A stretch of DNA of 64,000 bases, taken from assembly GCA_003427395.1 (NCBI GenBank), contig BFEA01000012.1, positions 6,273,466 to 6,337,465 of the forward strand. The letters are read 5' to 3'. A model generated the notes under the pieces. That model was given only the letters and a program-made list of their open reading frames with translations, searched no databases and was not told the origin of the DNA. The stretch comes from Chara braunii (Eukaryota > Plantae > Charophyceae). Each line of letters opens with the position of its first letter. Positions within the stretch are counted from its first letter, which is position 1. The position numbers and the translations under genes were made by a program. Of the stretch, positions 61,977 through 64,000 are shown piece after piece.

Positions 61977-62960
61977 ATGTGTTTTCGTCTGTTCTCAGAT
62001 CACTTTGCTTTGCTTCGCTTTTTGTGTTTTCGTCTGTTCTCAGATCACTTTGCTTTGCTTCGCTTTTAGGCAGGCGAATGTGCATTTTGTCTGTTCCGAG
62101 TCCAGGTGTTGGGCATTTCGTCTGTTCTCAGCCCAGCTCGTTTCTGAGGCTGCGCTTGGATCCATTTTTTTTCCTCCATGATCTTCGCCTTGCCTTTGAT
62201 ATTCACTTCCGCCGCCACACATACACAACCCCCCTCTGAAGTTCTCCTCCCTTGTCAACATTCACCGTTCCCTTCCACATTTCTCCTCCACACCTTTGGC
62301 ATTCACAGCTTCTCCTTTGTCATTTAGCCCCTCCCCCATGGCACTTTCCCCCCTTCCCTTCCAAATTCACCCTTTTCGCTTCTCCCCCACCCATATGCAA
62401 TTCAACCTTTTCATCCCCCCTTCCACACATCATCCCTACGTTTAACATTTAACTTCTTTCCCCTAATCGTTTATCCAAACGATTGGCATTCACCTCATTG
62501 ACTTCTCTCCCCTACTCGTTTATGCAAATGACTGGCAGTCACTCCTCCCCCTACCAGGACCTCGCATGTTTCTGTTCCCTCAACCTTCGCAATTACCCCC
62601 CTTGCTTCAACATTAGCGCATATCGCCTCTGCATCTCGAACCCACATTAACATTCACTGCTCCAACTTTCCTCTACACTTCTCCCGCCCTTACATTACTT
62701 GTGTTTGCCACCTACCCCACTCTCTGCCTATTTGGCATCCACACTTCTCCCCCCCTCCACTTCCAATACTTACTCCTCCCCCACGCCCCCCAACTTTGGT
62801 TCCTTCCCGTTTCACATTTGTGCCTCTATGCCCCCGTGGACATTCACTCCTCCCCTCCCCCTCACCATTTTCAATCCTTACTCTCCCCCCCCCCCCCAAC
62901 CAAACTTTGGTTCTTTCCCGTTTCACATTTGTGCCTCTGTGCCCTCTTAGACATTCACTC
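61977..62960. repeat. Short tandem duplications (~45 bp at 61977-62067; ~110 bp at ~62790-62960) in C/T-rich low-complexity DNA
   Basis: tgtgttttcgtctgttctcagatcactttgc twice; aactttggttc.ttcccgtttcacatttgtgcctct twice. Confidence 0.8.
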
Positions 62961-64000
62961 CTCCCTCCTATCCTCCATGCTTCTCGCCTCCCCTTGAACA
63001 CTCACTCATTTCTACACTTGATAACGGCGTTCACATGTTGGAAAGCAGGTGATGGAACCTTTTGATAAGGGGAGCTTACGCCTTGTCACCAGGGAGTTGG
63101 CACTTCTAGGACAAGGGGTTTGCTTGAACTGCATCCGGAGAAAATATTTGCACTTCGTTAGGGGTATTAGAGAGGCGTTTATGGGGTGTTTGCACTTCGT
63201 GAGGAAGTGGGTGTTTGCTTTTCCCAAAGGGTTATTGGATGGGTGCTGCGGCGTATTTGCACATCAGGATGATGTCTGCAATCTTTTTTTTCCTTTTTCA
63301 ATTTAAACACTCAGGCCACTTCTATTCTGGGGGACATCAGTCTGCACCAGCAAGCAAAGAACAAGTTCAAGTAATAGACGGGAAGGGGGTTTCAGCCTGA
63401 TACCCCTGCCGTTCGAGACACTATGCAAGGGGCTAGGAGGGCTAACCAGGGCGGCCATCCGCTGGCCCTTCCTCGGGACTCACATAATGGCCGGGAGCCA
63501 AGGCTAAGCACCCAGACGAGCATTATGTGGGTCACAGGGGAGGCAGCCCGGGTCCCATGGGCGCCCCTCCAATCACCCGGCCTCACAATCTTGCACACCA
63601 TTCCACCCTGTCTACAGCACCTCCCTTAACCCCCCTCTCGTTTCCCCCTCATGGCCATTGTCCAACCCGCTACTGGTCCTCATTACCTACCCTTTACATC
63701 ACCCATTGCCACAGCACGTCAGTCCAAACACCCCACGAACAGCCATCTCAACTCACTTGTTTCACTCATACCCCCTCTCGCTACCCCATAGGTATCACTT
63801 CTCCCAAGTGTTCGTGTTTTTTTCCATTTCCCCCCCTACCTACAAGGCCCATCCTACCTATTCCAGTGCGGCCAGCATTCCGCGCTTCCCCCATCCTACT
63901 AATGTTACATCTATGCCAGCCCCCTTACCACATACCACTTGTCATGTCTGACTATGGTGCATTGCGAGCTGACTATCGTGACCTGGAATCTAACCTACCA

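Overview
Repeat-rich draft nuclear DNA from a streptophyte. The plant-type U6/U2 sequences, microsatellite load and gaps are most reminiscent of a charophyte such as Chara; this is an inference. Only two host protein-coding pieces are recognisable, both on the minus strand: the first coding exon of an FtsH11-like protease (11355-12334) and an uninterrupted FAM214/Atos-like (DUF4210 + Chromosome_seg) CDS (52622-54529). The rest is decayed mobile DNA: a Ty3/Gypsy pol remnant, a Penelope-like RT element, several L1/Tx1-type LINE remnants and several MITE families. Four things stand out. (1) A ~535 bp inverted-repeat-bounded cassette (29738-30272) carries two co-oriented type III hammerhead ribozymes with cleavage sites 143 nt apart and compensatory stem changes, plus a twister-like fragment and a 25S/28S rRNA piece. 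(2) About eight U6 snRNA-derived pieces and one U2 retrocopy lie within 27 kb. Several U6 copies are altered at the same point next to the ACAGAGA box/AGC triad, one is split there by an antisense LINE, and several are stacked at one repeated target motif. (3) A TTAA-flanked MITE family forms head-to-tail pairs sharing one TTAA. (4) A mitochondrial-type SSU rRNA fragment is inserted in the Gypsy RT. All calls come from reading the sequence by eye; no searches or folding programs were run.
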